From a virus (lineage: Duplodnaviria; Caudoviricetes): DNA of 40,797 bases. Numbering within the stretch: the stretch's first letter is position 1; each line of letters opens with the position of its first letter. The notes under the pieces were generated by a model. It ran no database searches. It saw nothing but the letters and a program-made list of their open reading frames with translations, and was not told the origin of the DNA. The translations under genes were made by a program, and so were the position numbers. Where the stretch lies: IMG/VR virus record IMGVR_UViG_3300035491_000325, positions 1 through 40,797 of that record; one strand, given 5' to 3'. This document shows positions 1-8,808 of this stretch, piece by piece.

Positions 1-114
1 AGCTTTGAGCTCAGGCAACCGTTCGGGTTAATCAAGAAAAACCTGCTCCGACCCTCGCTCGCCCACGATCTGAAGATCTAGTCACTGGCGGTCTGGAGCA
101 GGTGTGGAACAACT

Positions 115-311
115 TACAAGTAACTTTGCGGGCAAAGTAACCAAAACCCTCCGCCCGATCATCCGGCCCTCGCTGCGCGAGGGTTCGCTCACTCCATCGC
201 CGTTCCAGAGGCCCGCCGCGGTGGGCCATCCCTGGCCCATCGCGGCTCTCGCGACATCCATGTCGCTCGACCTCTTCCACGACAATTCCGTTCGCCCTCC
301 TGGGCGGGCTC
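115..311 (-). repeat. Structured intergenic repeat, copy 1 (inverted relative to copy 2), probably host DNA
   Basis: The reverse complement shares ordered blocks with 498-745: CAGGAGGxCGAACG, GAGCGxCATGGATGxCGCGAGA, GGGCCAxGGATGGCCC, GGAGTGAGxGAA, GCGCAGCGAG, CCGGATG, TTTTGxTTACTTT. Confidence 0.75.
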
Positions 312-497
312 TGCACGCGCCTGAACCTGCGGTAACCCAGAAGTAGCACGGAGTGCTTGTACATATGTCAGCCTAGGGCTGACCAGGATGCCGGCTAATG
401 AAACTATTGGTTTAACTCGCCAACCCAATCGCGACTTCATCGCTACTAGAACACGCCGAGCAATCTATGGAATGCCGGTTCGTTCAGGCGCGCAGAT

Positions 498-745
498 GCC
501 CCCCTTCAGGAGGCCGAACGCAGGCATTGCGCAGGGGGCGAGCGGCATGGATGCCGCGAGATACCGATGGCGGCCCCGCTTGAAGGGCCATGGATGGCCC
601 TTGCAAGCCGACCCCGGAGCGGTGCCGGAGTGAGGGAAGTCGAGCGCAGCGAGACCCGGATGGCGGGGGTGCGTTTCTTTTGCTTACTTTTCTTTGCGCA
701 CTTCAAAGAAAAGTCAGTCGCCCGAGGGGGCGAAACCCGAAATAT
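498..745 (+). repeat. Structured intergenic repeat, copy 2 (REP/MITE-like Pseudomonas repeat)
   Basis: Contains several hairpins (CGGCATGGATGCCG, GGGCCATGGATGGCCC, ACTTTTCTTTG..CAAAGAAAAGT), is homologous to 115-311(-), and has no convincing ORF. Confidence 0.75.
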
Positions 746-794
746 CTGAAGACCCCCAAAGCGGCGTCCAGAATGTGCAGGCTTGAGAAATATA

Positions 795-853
795 TGACAG
801 GGAAAGCGTGATAAAGGCGGGATATAACGGAACGAGGCGTGAAATAGCGGGAT
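795..853. repeat. Putative prophage left end: terminal TG plus transposase-binding repeats
   Basis: TG at 795 is followed by four GCG(T/G)GA(T/A) units at 806, 817, 837 and 847, arranged as two pairs, just beyond the stop of the last phage gene. TG at 774 is an alternative end. Confidence 0.5.
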
Positions 854-900
854 GGGTTTTGTAACGGTGTTGCCATAGGTGAAACGGCGGCGGCCGTTGG

Positions 901-1269
901 TTAGAGGCCGTCGCCGAAGTCGATTTTATGCTGATCCTGGTCGAACTTCCTGTCCTGCGTCCGCTTGAGCAGTTTGTAGATCGCATTCTCTGTCATGTCA
1001 TATTCAACGGCGAGCGCGTGGTGGTTGCGGCCGTTGAATTTGCCCAGGATCTCCAGATCCCGTTGGGTGATCCGCCAGCGGAAGTCCTTCGGGAACGTGA
1101 CGCAGCTTCCCGCCCAGGTGTTGGACAGATGCTCGACCACCGCCGCGCCGGCCTGCTCGGCGATCTTCGCGTTTACACCATGCTCAGAAACCACCGCCGC
1201 AACGTGATCGGCGATATCGCTGAGTAGCTCGTGGCGCTTCTGTGCCATAGCTGTGGGCTTGGTGCTCAT
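901..1269 (-). CDS. mor: Mor/C family transcription activator
   Basis: 122 aa with the WAGSCVTFPK...RDLEILGKFNGRNHHALAVEYDMTENAIYKLL Mor-type dimerisation and HTH signature. Confidence 0.9.
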   Translation of the reverse strand: MSTKPTAMAQKRHELLSDIADHVAAVVSEHGVNAKIAEQAGAAVVEHLSNTWAGSCVTFPKDFRWRITQRDLEILGKFNGRNHHALAVEYDMTENAIYKLLKRTQDRKFDQDQHKIDFGDGL

Positions 1270-1814
1270 GCGTTCCCCCTTGCCGCTGCGATGCGGCGTT
1301 CGGCTTCCTCTTCCTTTATAAGGCCCAGGCGCAGATCGGCGTTGATGCGGCCGATCGCCTCCTGGATGGTCTGTTGCGGTGAAGGGCCGGCCCGCGTCGC
1401 CTTGGCCGGCGCGGCGGCTTGCACCTGGACAGGGTCGCTGGCGATGCCGTAGACCACCGTGCGCAGGTAGTTGTGGTTATCGAGCGGCAGCGACAGGCGA
1501 TCGCGGGCGATCAGCATCTGCTCGATGCCGGCCGTCCAGATCCTGGGCGGCGCTGGCTTGTTATCGTTTTTGCGGGCGTCCTTTTGCACCGTGCCGGCGT
1601 TGACCAGGTCGAGCAGCTCTTCGACCAGCTTGATCGCGCGGGTCATGCGCAGGCCGCGCTTGGCCGGGCTGAACAGGCGCAGGTAGTTGAGCACCGCGCG
1701 GCCCAGCTTCGGATCGAGGCCGGCGAGCAGCGCCGCCAGCTTCTTGCCGTCCGCGTCTGCGAAACCGGCCTCGATCGGAAACTGCTCGCCGCAGCATGGG
1801 CATTGCAGCTGCAT
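1266..1814 (-). CDS. Conserved Mu-like phage protein with N-terminal CPCC motif
   Basis: 182 aa; MQLQCPCCG and YLRLFSPAKRGL motifs; stop overlaps the mor start. Confidence 0.8.
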   Translation of the reverse strand: MQLQCPCCGEQFPIEAGFADADGKKLAALLAGLDPKLGRAVLNYLRLFSPAKRGLRMTRAIKLVEELLDLVNAGTVQKDARKNDNKPAPPRIWTAGIEQMLIARDRLSLPLDNHNYLRTVVYGIASDPVQVQAAAPAKATRAGPSPQQTIQEAIGRINADLRLGLIKEEEAERRIAAARGNA

Positions 1815-1918
1815 CAGTACCCCCTTACGCCATCTAGGATGCCCAGTACCACCGCACTACCAACCGAGGTGAACGCCAGCCACGCCAGAATGGGCAATAC
1901 AACTTCAGGAGCTGGCAT
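1814..1918 (-). CDS. 34-aa single-transmembrane peptide (not in ORF track)
   Basis: MPAPEVVLPILAWLAFTSVGSAVVLGILDGVRGY; TGATG overlaps with the genes on both sides. Confidence 0.7.
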   Translation of the reverse strand: MPAPEVVLPILAWLAFTSVGSAVVLGILDGVRGY

Positions 1919-2484
1919 CACTCACCCTCCTGCGCCAGAACGGCTGCATTCAGGGCATCCACCAGGGCCTTGAGGATTGGACGCTGCCTGCGCCACCCCT
2001 CGGGCAGTTCTTCCAAACCCTCCAGGCGTTCTGGAGTGTCCACCCCGAGGCGCTTGCAGAGGTCTTCCACCTGGTGGAGTAGCTGGCGTTTCTCCTGCTC
2101 GACGTGCAAGGCGGCGATCAGGGCGTCGAGCTGATCGGCTTTTTTCAGCCATGCCACGCGCTGAACCTTGAACATCTGCCGGGCCAGCGCGTCGGCATAG
2201 GCCCAAGGCAAGCCCATGTCCGCGAGCTGGGCCTCGATCTTGTCGATACGGGGGCCGAGCTGCAGGGCGTTGTGAGGTTTGCCTGCTGCCTTTCCGCTGG
2301 GCTTCGGCTTAAACCCGAGCCGCTCCAGCTCGACCATCAGACGCCCGGCCTGGCGGCTGTTCAGGTCTTTTGCCGACTCGACGCCAGCGACGCGGCGCAG
2401 CAGCGCGCGATAGCTGTCGTCGTCCATGCCCAGTTGGCCCTTGGCGATGTGGATTTTGCTGAGTACGCCTTTCGAGACACTCAT
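1918..2484 (-). CDS. gemA: GemA / Mu gp16 (DUF1018) family protein
   Basis: KIHIAKGQLGMDDDSYRALL...SAKDL signature. Confidence 0.9.
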   Translation of the reverse strand: MSVSKGVLSKIHIAKGQLGMDDDSYRALLRRVAGVESAKDLNSRQAGRLMVELERLGFKPKPSGKAAGKPHNALQLGPRIDKIEAQLADMGLPWAYADALARQMFKVQRVAWLKKADQLDALIAALHVEQEKRQLLHQVEDLCKRLGVDTPERLEGLEELPEGWRRQRPILKALVDALNAAVLAQEGE

Positions 2485-2876
2485 ACGCGGCCACCTGCAG
2501 AGCAGCTCAGACGATTGAGGCGGCGCTTGATGGCTGCCGTCTGCTTGCGCAACGCGCGCAGTTCGGCACTGACGTCGATGGTGGCCACCACCACGGGCTG
2601 GGCTGGTTGCTCCAGTACCGGCTTGGCCTTCACCGGGGCGGCAGGCTTGGCCGGTTTCGCCTTGAGCGGCGCGGCCTGTGCGGGCGTCTGCTGCTCAGGG
2701 TGGATCGACTTCGAGCGCCAGGGGCCGCTTTCCACCGGGCGGCGGAAGTTGTCGAAGGCGTGGATCTCGCCGCCCTTGGCCAGGTACTCAGCGATCTTGG
2801 CATCCAGCTCGGCCTGGCGCTCCTGGGGCTTGGTCATGTCCGTTGACGGGGCTTCCTTGAAAATTGGATGGCCCAT
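2481..2876 (-). CDS. Hypothetical protein with a SutA-like RNA polymerase-binding helix
   Basis: ATG at 2876 overlaps the upstream stop (TGATG) and follows GGAGG; contains ERQAELDAKIAEYLAKGGEI followed by a Pro/Ala/Lys-rich linker. Confidence 0.7.
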   Translation of the reverse strand: MGHPIFKEAPSTDMTKPQERQAELDAKIAEYLAKGGEIHAFDNFRRPVESGPWRSKSIHPEQQTPAQAAPLKAKPAKPAAPVKAKPVLEQPAQPVVVATIDVSAELRALRKQTAAIKRRLNRLSCSAGGRV

Positions 2877-3100
2877 CACTGCACCTCCCGGCCAACGATC
2901 AGCCAGCGGCTCATGCCCGGCTGATCGCTGGGCTTGAGGGCGATGCGTTCGACGTGGTCGAGCTGCTCGCCAAACAGCTTGACGCCCAGGTGGCGCACGG
3001 CCTCGTCCTCGGAGTGGCTGCAACTGGCGCGCTGGCTGCGCACGGTGTTGGTCTGGTAGGCACCCATGCAGTACTTCACGGTGCATTCGAGAGTTTGCAT
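2876..3100 (-). CDS. Hypothetical phage protein (74 aa)
   Basis: Tightly packed within the leftward operon. Confidence 0.75.
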   Translation of the reverse strand: MQTLECTVKYCMGAYQTNTVRSQRASCSHSEDEAVRHLGVKLFGEQLDHVERIALKPSDQPGMSRWLIVGREVQ

Positions 3101-3101
3101 C

Positions 3102-3809
3102 TCACACCCCCTGAGTCAGTCGGACGACGGGCTTGTGACCCAGGCCGTGGTGCAGTTGGGCGCTCTTGCCTGCCTGGTAACCGGCCTCGACGGCACCTTC
3201 ATCGCGGGCTTTGAGCTTGCGGCGCTTCATTTCATGCTTGCCCAGGTCGGCGTGGTGTTTCGCCATGTAGGCCTCAATTGCTTCGGCGATGTTGTCGTCG
3301 ACACCCGCGAACTGGTCGACCTTGAGGTACACGGCATCAATCCAGCCGTTGGCGAAGTGATCGCCGCGCGCGACCTTGGTTGAACGCTTGCAGCGCTTGT
3401 TCTTCGGTGACTGCAGGAACTCACGGCGAGCCTTCTGCAACTGCCGCTCCAGCACCTGATAGGCGTACCCGCTCAGCTCTGGAGCAGCTGCACAGCCAAC
3501 AAAGATGAAGGCACCTACGACGTCGAAGTGATTCGTCAGCTTCTGCGTGATGATCATGCGCGTGCCGAATGCATGGGCGCACACCTGAGCCAGGCGGATA
3601 CGCCAGGTGGGTGGGGTACCGTCCGAGCCGGCCTCGATAGTGACCTCGCCGGCCATGCTGGCCAGCACGTCGCCCATCTCCAGGTTGTAGGCCTCCATCA
3701 GCTTATGGGCCTGGCGCAGGGCGATCTCGGCCTCGTTCGGATTCGAGCCCTTGCCCTTGGCCATCTCCATGCACTTCTTGATCTTTTCGAGAATGCGATC
3801 CTGATCCAT
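3102..3809 (-). CDS. DUF2786-domain protein
   Basis: ILEKIKKCMEMAK..NPNEAEIALRQAHKLMEAYNL N-terminal signature. Confidence 0.85.
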   Translation of the reverse strand: MDQDRILEKIKKCMEMAKGKGSNPNEAEIALRQAHKLMEAYNLEMGDVLASMAGEVTIEAGSDGTPPTWRIRLAQVCAHAFGTRMIITQKLTNHFDVVGAFIFVGCAAAPELSGYAYQVLERQLQKARREFLQSPKNKRCKRSTKVARGDHFANGWIDAVYLKVDQFAGVDDNIAEAIEAYMAKHHADLGKHEMKRRKLKARDEGAVEAGYQAGKSAQLHHGLGHKPVVRLTQGV

Positions 3810-3810
3810 C

Positions 3811-4425
3811 TCACACCCCCGCCAGGCTCAGGTTGATGGGTTCGTAGCGGTCATCACCGATGCGCTGGTAGACGCGGATGTAGACGGCTTTGCCGTTGAC
3901 CTGCAGGGCGTCCTTGAGGGCGACCATTGCGGTTTTCCACTCGGGGTCGTCGATCTCCAGGCGCAGGAGGCCGAGCACGTCGTTAGTGCGGAAATGGCCA
4001 TTGCGACCCATGAAGGCGCGATCGACCAGAGCCATCAGGTGATGGTTGGCGCCTACGCCCCACTTGCGAGTGCAGGCGTAGATCAACTCTTTTGCGGCGA
4101 GGATCTCTTCGGTGAAGGTCAGGCGATCAGCCAGGGCCTTCTCGATCTTGAACTCGCCGTCATAGGTGGTGATCGAGACGTTGCCCTTCTTACCGCCCAG
4201 CTTGACGTTGTAGCGCTCCAGGGAGATGGCGATCAGATCGTCGATATCGGCCAGGGCCTTCTTCTTGAATGCCGCCAGGGCTTCGCTGATGGCCACAGCC
4301 TGGCTGGCCAACTCGCGGGCGACACCGTCGCGCAGCTTGTCGTGCTCGCGGATCTTATCAACGGGTACGAAGAAGCCCTGCGCATTGCGCATGCAGCCCT
4401 CGGGGACTTGGATTTGCTCAGCCAT
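3811..4425 (-). CDS. DUF3164 family protein
   Basis: Start MAEQIQVPEG after GAGGA; MRNAQGFFVP, GGKKGNVSITTYDG and YIRVYQR motifs typical of this Mu-like family. Confidence 0.85.
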   Translation of the reverse strand: MAEQIQVPEGCMRNAQGFFVPVDKIREHDKLRDGVARELASQAVAISEALAAFKKKALADIDDLIAISLERYNVKLGGKKGNVSITTYDGEFKIEKALADRLTFTEEILAAKELIYACTRKWGVGANHHLMALVDRAFMGRNGHFRTNDVLGLLRLEIDDPEWKTAMVALKDALQVNGKAVYIRVYQRIGDDRYEPINLSLAGV

Positions 4426-4630
4426 GGGTTTCTTCCTCGGCTTGTTGGGCATTGGTTTCGAGTTCGGCCTGTACCGCCTCGCGGAAACGGCAGATCTCGT
4501 CGTTGAGCTTGTGGCCACCGATGGTCGGATGGGCCGAGGCGTAGCCAGCGGCGCGCTTGAGCAGCGCCAGAGCTTCGAGCAGGCGTTGTTCGAGCGTTGC
4601 AGGTGCGGTTTCTGGGGCTTGCTTGTTCAT
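4418..4630 (-). CDS. Hypothetical protein (70 aa)
   Basis: ATG at 4630 after GGAGG; stop overlaps the DUF3164 start. Confidence 0.7.
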   Translation of the reverse strand: MNKQAPETAPATLEQRLLEALALLKRAAGYASAHPTIGGHKLNDEICRFREAVQAELETNAQQAEEETHG

Positions 4631-5067
4631 CAATGCACCCTCCCATCAGCGGGCTTGAGGTTGGCGCGGTAGGCCTGGGTGAACTGCTAGACCTGGCGCA
4701 TGACCAGCGCGTTATCGCCGGCCATGTGGGCCTCGCACATCACCGCGATCTGGCTGCAGAGCAGATTGCTGGCCTGGGTGAGCTGGTGCAGCGCCATATG
4801 GAGCTGGTTGTAGCGCTGGCTCTCGTTCTGCAGGCACTGATCCATCTCCTTCATCTCGGCGCGCATGGTGTCGAGGAAGCTCTCGAAGCCGTTGAGAAAG
4901 AGCAGCGTGCCGTCGTCGTCGACCTGGAAGGTCGTGCTGTGCAGTGGGATGCGGACGCCTGCGATGCTGGCATGCACCTCGATTGCATCAGGCTCGCGGC
5001 CAAGCTCACGGGCAACGGTGCCAAGTCGCTGAGCCAGCATCTTTGCGGTAATCGGTTTGGCGCTCAT
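4630..5067 (-). pseudogene. Hypothetical coiled-coil protein with in-frame TAG at 4687-4689 (truncated or read through)
   Basis: MSAKPITAK...LVMRQV-TAG-QFTQAYRANLKPADGRVH-TGA; the distal TGA overlaps the next ATG (TGATG). Confidence 0.6.
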
Positions 5068-5420
5068 GACTCCTGCTCCTTCACCGGCGTAAGCCAGCAG
5101 ACTTGGCAGCCGCCGAGGCGGACGCTGTTGAGGGTTTTGGTGCCGTGGGTGCTCCAGCTCACGCCGCGCCATTCGTGCTTGAACGATGCGGCGAGCTGCT
5201 CGGAGTCCTCGGCGTTGATGAAGATCCTGCCGTCGAGCGGTGAGGCGCCCTCGATGCGCACGCCCACCGCGCGCAGGCGGCGGGTCATGTCGTTGAGGGC
5301 GCGGAGCTTGTCGGCCAGCTCCGGGGTCAGCACGGTGCACATGGGCAGCGCGTGCTGGATGGAGATATCGGCGGCGATCTTGGCGTTGAGCGGGATGATG
5401 TTGGGGGCTGCCATGGTCAT
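5064..5420 (-). CDS. Hypothetical protein
   Basis: ATGA overlaps at both ends; GAGGAGG precedes the ATG at 5420. Confidence 0.75.
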   Translation of the reverse strand: MTMAAPNIIPLNAKIAADISIQHALPMCTVLTPELADKLRALNDMTRRLRAVGVRIEGASPLDGRIFINAEDSEQLAASFKHEWRGVSWSTHGTKTLNSVRLGGCQVCWLTPVKEQES

Positions 5421-5839
5421 TCCTCCTCGTCGCTGGCCGGGGCGGTGCGTTCGATGGAAAGCGGGAACTTCTCGAACTGAAGCCGTGCAAGGCGAAGCGC
5501 CAGACGCCATACCGAATGGCGTTCTCCATCGAGAATGGTTGGGTTGGCATCGTCGACGCCCAGGCATACCTGGCTGCCTTCGGCGGCATTGATCATCTTG
5601 TCGAGGTTGGCCAGGCGGTGCTGGTGCCACTCGATCAGCGGCTTGGCCAAGTCGAACTGCGCCTTTTTTGCCCCAGCGGTGTGCGCTTCGTCCTCGAATG
5701 CGATCAGCAGCTCAAGAAGTACTTGCTTCTCTTCCTTCGCCTTCTCTTCGGTGTGACCAGGACGCTCAGATCCGACCATTCGGAAGGCACTGGCATAAAC
5801 CACTGCCTGCTCCATGATTTGTTCGATGGTGATGGCCAT
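5417..5839 (-). CDS. Hypothetical protein (140 aa)
   Basis: GGAGGT precedes the ATG; lies within the operon. Confidence 0.75.
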   Translation of the reverse strand: MAITIEQIMEQAVVYASAFRMVGSERPGHTEEKAKEEKQVLLELLIAFEDEAHTAGAKKAQFDLAKPLIEWHQHRLANLDKMINAAEGSQVCLGVDDANPTILDGERHSVWRLALRLARLQFEKFPLSIERTAPASDEEE

Positions 5840-5842
5840 GGC

Positions 5843-7042
5843 TCACACCTCCTCGACAATTTCAGCCGTGACCAGCGGCGAGCCGATGGCGGCGGCGGCG
5901 TTCAGGGCGGCGGTGATGACGTTCTGCACGGCCAGTGGGTAGGCCACGGAGTAGCCCACCTGGTTGCCCTTGCCGGGGCTGCTGAGTTTGGCGTGCAGGG
6001 CAGCGATGGCGCTGGGCTCGATGACTTCGCCGAGCTGCTTGCCGGCCATCTGGAAACGGTGCGCCAGGAAGCCGTCCAGGTTGGTGCCCAGCGGGTTGAG
6101 GGTGAGCAGTTCGCAGCGCTGCACCACTTCACGCACTTCCGGGGTGCGCTCGTCGAGGCGACGGCCAAGCTCGGTCTGGCCGAGCAGGACGATGGACAGC
6201 AGCTTGTCGAAACCGCCGTCGCCTTCCAGCTCGAAGAAGCGCTTGAGGTGCTTGAGGGTCGGCACCGGCAGGCTGTGGGCCTCTTCGATGATCAGCAGGT
6301 GCTTGTTGCCCATCTTGGCGCTCTCGCGCAGGGCGCGGTGTACCTGGCGGAACCTGGCCTCGCTGGAGCGGGCCGGTTTGGCTGCCGGGCTGATCTCCTC
6401 CAGGATGGCTTCGCAGATGTGCGCCGACTTGAGGGTCTTGCCCTTGATGTCGTTGTCTTCCATGGCCAGCACATAGGGCTCGATGATCACGATGGGCAGT
6501 CGGTCGCGGGCGATGCGCGCCCGCAGATCCTTGCGGATCGTGGACTTGCCGCTGCCGCTTTCGCCGACCACCGCAGCGAACAGGTTGCCGTGCTTGGCGC
6601 CCTGATACAGGGACTCGCGGACATAGCGGATGTCCGGCGACATGAATAGCTCGTCGCTGCTGCCAGGCTCGGCGAAGGGGTCGCGGAACAGGCCGAACAC
6701 CTTCTTGGCTTCTGGAGACAGCGTCTGACGGCGTAGTAGCATGGGGTTGTGCTCCTCGTTGTTGATTGCGTCTTCGGCGGGGGACTCAGGCGCGGGGGAG
6801 TTGCAGCTCCCCTGCGCCGTCTCTTTCTCTTCGTATACGGCGAACGGATCGTTCGAGACGGTGGCGCCGCAGCGGGCCAGCCATTCGAGGATGCGTGCCT
6901 TCAACACCTCGGGCGCCACGCGCTTGGGCCACATGTTGTGGTTGAGCAGTTGCGCGATGGTCGGGTTGGAGTAATTCAGTTCGCGGCCCAGCTCCGCTTG
7001 GGTGAGTTCGTTGTAGGCCAGGTCTTTTTTGAGCATCAGCAT
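5843..7042 (-). CDS. Transposition ATPase (MuB/ExeA-like AAA) with N-terminal HTH
   Basis: Walker A GESGSGKS, Walker B LLIIEEAH, LLGQTEL; directly downstream of the transposase. Confidence 0.92.
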   Translation of the reverse strand: MLMLKKDLAYNELTQAELGRELNYSNPTIAQLLNHNMWPKRVAPEVLKARILEWLARCGATVSNDPFAVYEEKETAQGSCNSPAPESPAEDAINNEEHNPMLLRRQTLSPEAKKVFGLFRDPFAEPGSSDELFMSPDIRYVRESLYQGAKHGNLFAAVVGESGSGKSTIRKDLRARIARDRLPIVIIEPYVLAMEDNDIKGKTLKSAHICEAILEEISPAAKPARSSEARFRQVHRALRESAKMGNKHLLIIEEAHSLPVPTLKHLKRFFELEGDGGFDKLLSIVLLGQTELGRRLDERTPEVREVVQRCELLTLNPLGTNLDGFLAHRFQMAGKQLGEVIEPSAIAALHAKLSSPGKGNQVGYSVAYPLAVQNVITAALNAAAAIGSPLVTAEIVEEV

Positions 7043-8805
7043 CAGGCACCTCCTGCCAGAGTGAGCTTGGGTCGTTGGGTGAATGCAGCGCGCAGAGCAG
7101 CCAGGACATCAGGCAAGGCATCTTCCTGAACACCTGACGGGTAGTGCTGGCTGAGCCAGGCGTAGTGATCGGCGCCCCAGGCCGGGAACTCGGCCTGCAG
7201 GCGCTTGGCGGCGGCGAATACCGAGAGCGGCGGCAGCTCGATGGTCGGCAGCACCAGGTCATGCTGAGTGCCACGGCGTGGCAGGAAGGTGGGCAGCTCG
7301 GCTTCGGTCATTTCCTTGAAGGGCTGCAGCTTGCCGCCGAACGGGATGGCCTGGGCCTTGCGGGCTGCGTCGGCCTGCTCGCCCATGGCCAGCTTGTCGG
7401 CTGCCTTGCGGGCAACCTGGGCCGGGGTGTCGGCCTTGCGGATGAACTTCTCGCCGATGGTGGCGGCAGCCACGTCGAAGCCCAGCTCGTTACGCTCGAT
7501 GGCGGGCACCACGTAGAACACCTCGCGCCCATCGGCATCGACAGCCACCACCTGGGCGGCATCGTTGCGCCAGGGGTTGCGGGTGACCAGCAGGCGATCG
7601 TTGACCATCACGCCCGGCACCATGGAGACGTCGTATTCGCGGCCCTGGAAGCTCACGCGCACCTTGCTGTTGACCTTGCGCAGCTCGGGCTCGGCCACGG
7701 CCAGGCGGCGGCACTCATCAACGCCCGGCACCTTGATCAGTTGGTGCTCGCGAATGCTCATCCACACCGCCGAGCGCGTCTTGCGGTGGCGAGAATGCAC
7801 GGCCTTGGCGTTGTAGTAGCCGCGCCAGATGCTGGCCAGGTGGTTGAGTTCGTCCAGATCTTTGACCGGTTTGAACTTGAGGCCAGCCTCGAACTTGCGC
7901 TCGATGATGTTCCGCGCGTTCTCCACCTGGCCGGTCACGCGGGCGGCGCCCGGTGCGTGGACGATGGTTTCGATGCCCAGCGAGCGGCACAGATTCTTGG
8001 CCATGGCCGAGGTGTTGGCCGAGCCGGGATCCATCATCAGGATGCTGGGGCGACCGTGCATGATGTCGGCGCCACCGCGCTCCTGCATGGCGTTGATCAG
8101 CACGCTGCAGAGGTTTTCGCCGCTCTCGGCGCCCATCACGTATTCGAGGTAAATCCAGCCGCTGGCGTGGTCGGTGATTTCGTACGACCACACGCGGTCG
8201 GCAGCGATGCGTGCGAGGTTCTTGGGCTTGTTCTTGTAGAACTCGGCCGAGTCCATGACGCGCAGGCCGTTCTCTTCCGCCTTGGCGCTGGGCTTGAGGT
8301 AATAGAGCACGCACAGCGAGGCGTCGATCTGCCAGACGTGGTTCGGGTGCAGGCTCTGCAGCTCGGTGACCGGCGCCGGAGCCAGCAGTTGATCGGGGTG
8401 CAGCTTGTAGGCATGCAGCGCACGGTTGATGGCGCTGATCGACAGCGGGCGGATCTCGCCGGTTTTCTTGTCGGTGTACTCGGCGCGGATCATGCCGCTG
8501 ATGCGCAGGGCATCGACGGCATCGCCTACTGAGTAGAGGCGCTTCTCGTTGCGGCGGGCGGTTTCCATCAGCGCGGTGCTGATGGTCAACGCCTCGTCGC
8601 GGGTGAGCGCGCTTTGCCCGGCATCGGCGCGGCGCTTGCGTGAGGTGGCGGCCACGGTGACCTCCTCCAGTTTGCGGTAGATGGTGGCCTGGCTTAGGCC
8701 GAGTTCTTGCGCCGCTGCTTGGCACAGCGCCGTGCGCTGGCCATGGCCCGCGCGTTCCAGGGCGCGGGCCAGGTCAACCAGGCGTTGGGTGATAACGGCG
8801 CTCAT
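7042..8805 (-). CDS. DDE transposase (B3/BcepMu-type A protein)
   Basis: HPNHVWQIDAS, LMMDPGSAN and GQVENA integrase-core motifs; N-terminal HTH. Confidence 0.93.
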   Translation of the reverse strand: MSAVITQRLVDLARALERAGHGQRTALCQAAAQELGLSQATIYRKLEEVTVAATSRKRRADAGQSALTRDEALTISTALMETARRNEKRLYSVGDAVDALRISGMIRAEYTDKKTGEIRPLSISAINRALHAYKLHPDQLLAPAPVTELQSLHPNHVWQIDASLCVLYYLKPSAKAEENGLRVMDSAEFYKNKPKNLARIAADRVWSYEITDHASGWIYLEYVMGAESGENLCSVLINAMQERGGADIMHGRPSILMMDPGSANTSAMAKNLCRSLGIETIVHAPGAARVTGQVENARNIIERKFEAGLKFKPVKDLDELNHLASIWRGYYNAKAVHSRHRKTRSAVWMSIREHQLIKVPGVDECRRLAVAEPELRKVNSKVRVSFQGREYDVSMVPGVMVNDRLLVTRNPWRNDAAQVVAVDADGREVFYVVPAIERNELGFDVAAATIGEKFIRKADTPAQVARKAADKLAMGEQADAARKAQAIPFGGKLQPFKEMTEAELPTFLPRRGTQHDLVLPTIELPPLSVFAAAKRLQAEFPAWGADHYAWLSQHYPSGVQEDALPDVLAALRAAFTQRPKLTLAGGA

Positions 8806-8808
8806 GGG

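Noticed and set aside
32-811. Short ORFs in the left flank
   Set aside because: They run across the structured repeats and lack RBS or protein-like composition.
5516-8532. Long + strand ORFs (377 aa, 462 aa) opposite the ATPase and transposase
   Set aside because: Antisense shadows typical of high-GC coding DNA; no motifs or RBS, and the minus strand has clear domain signatures.
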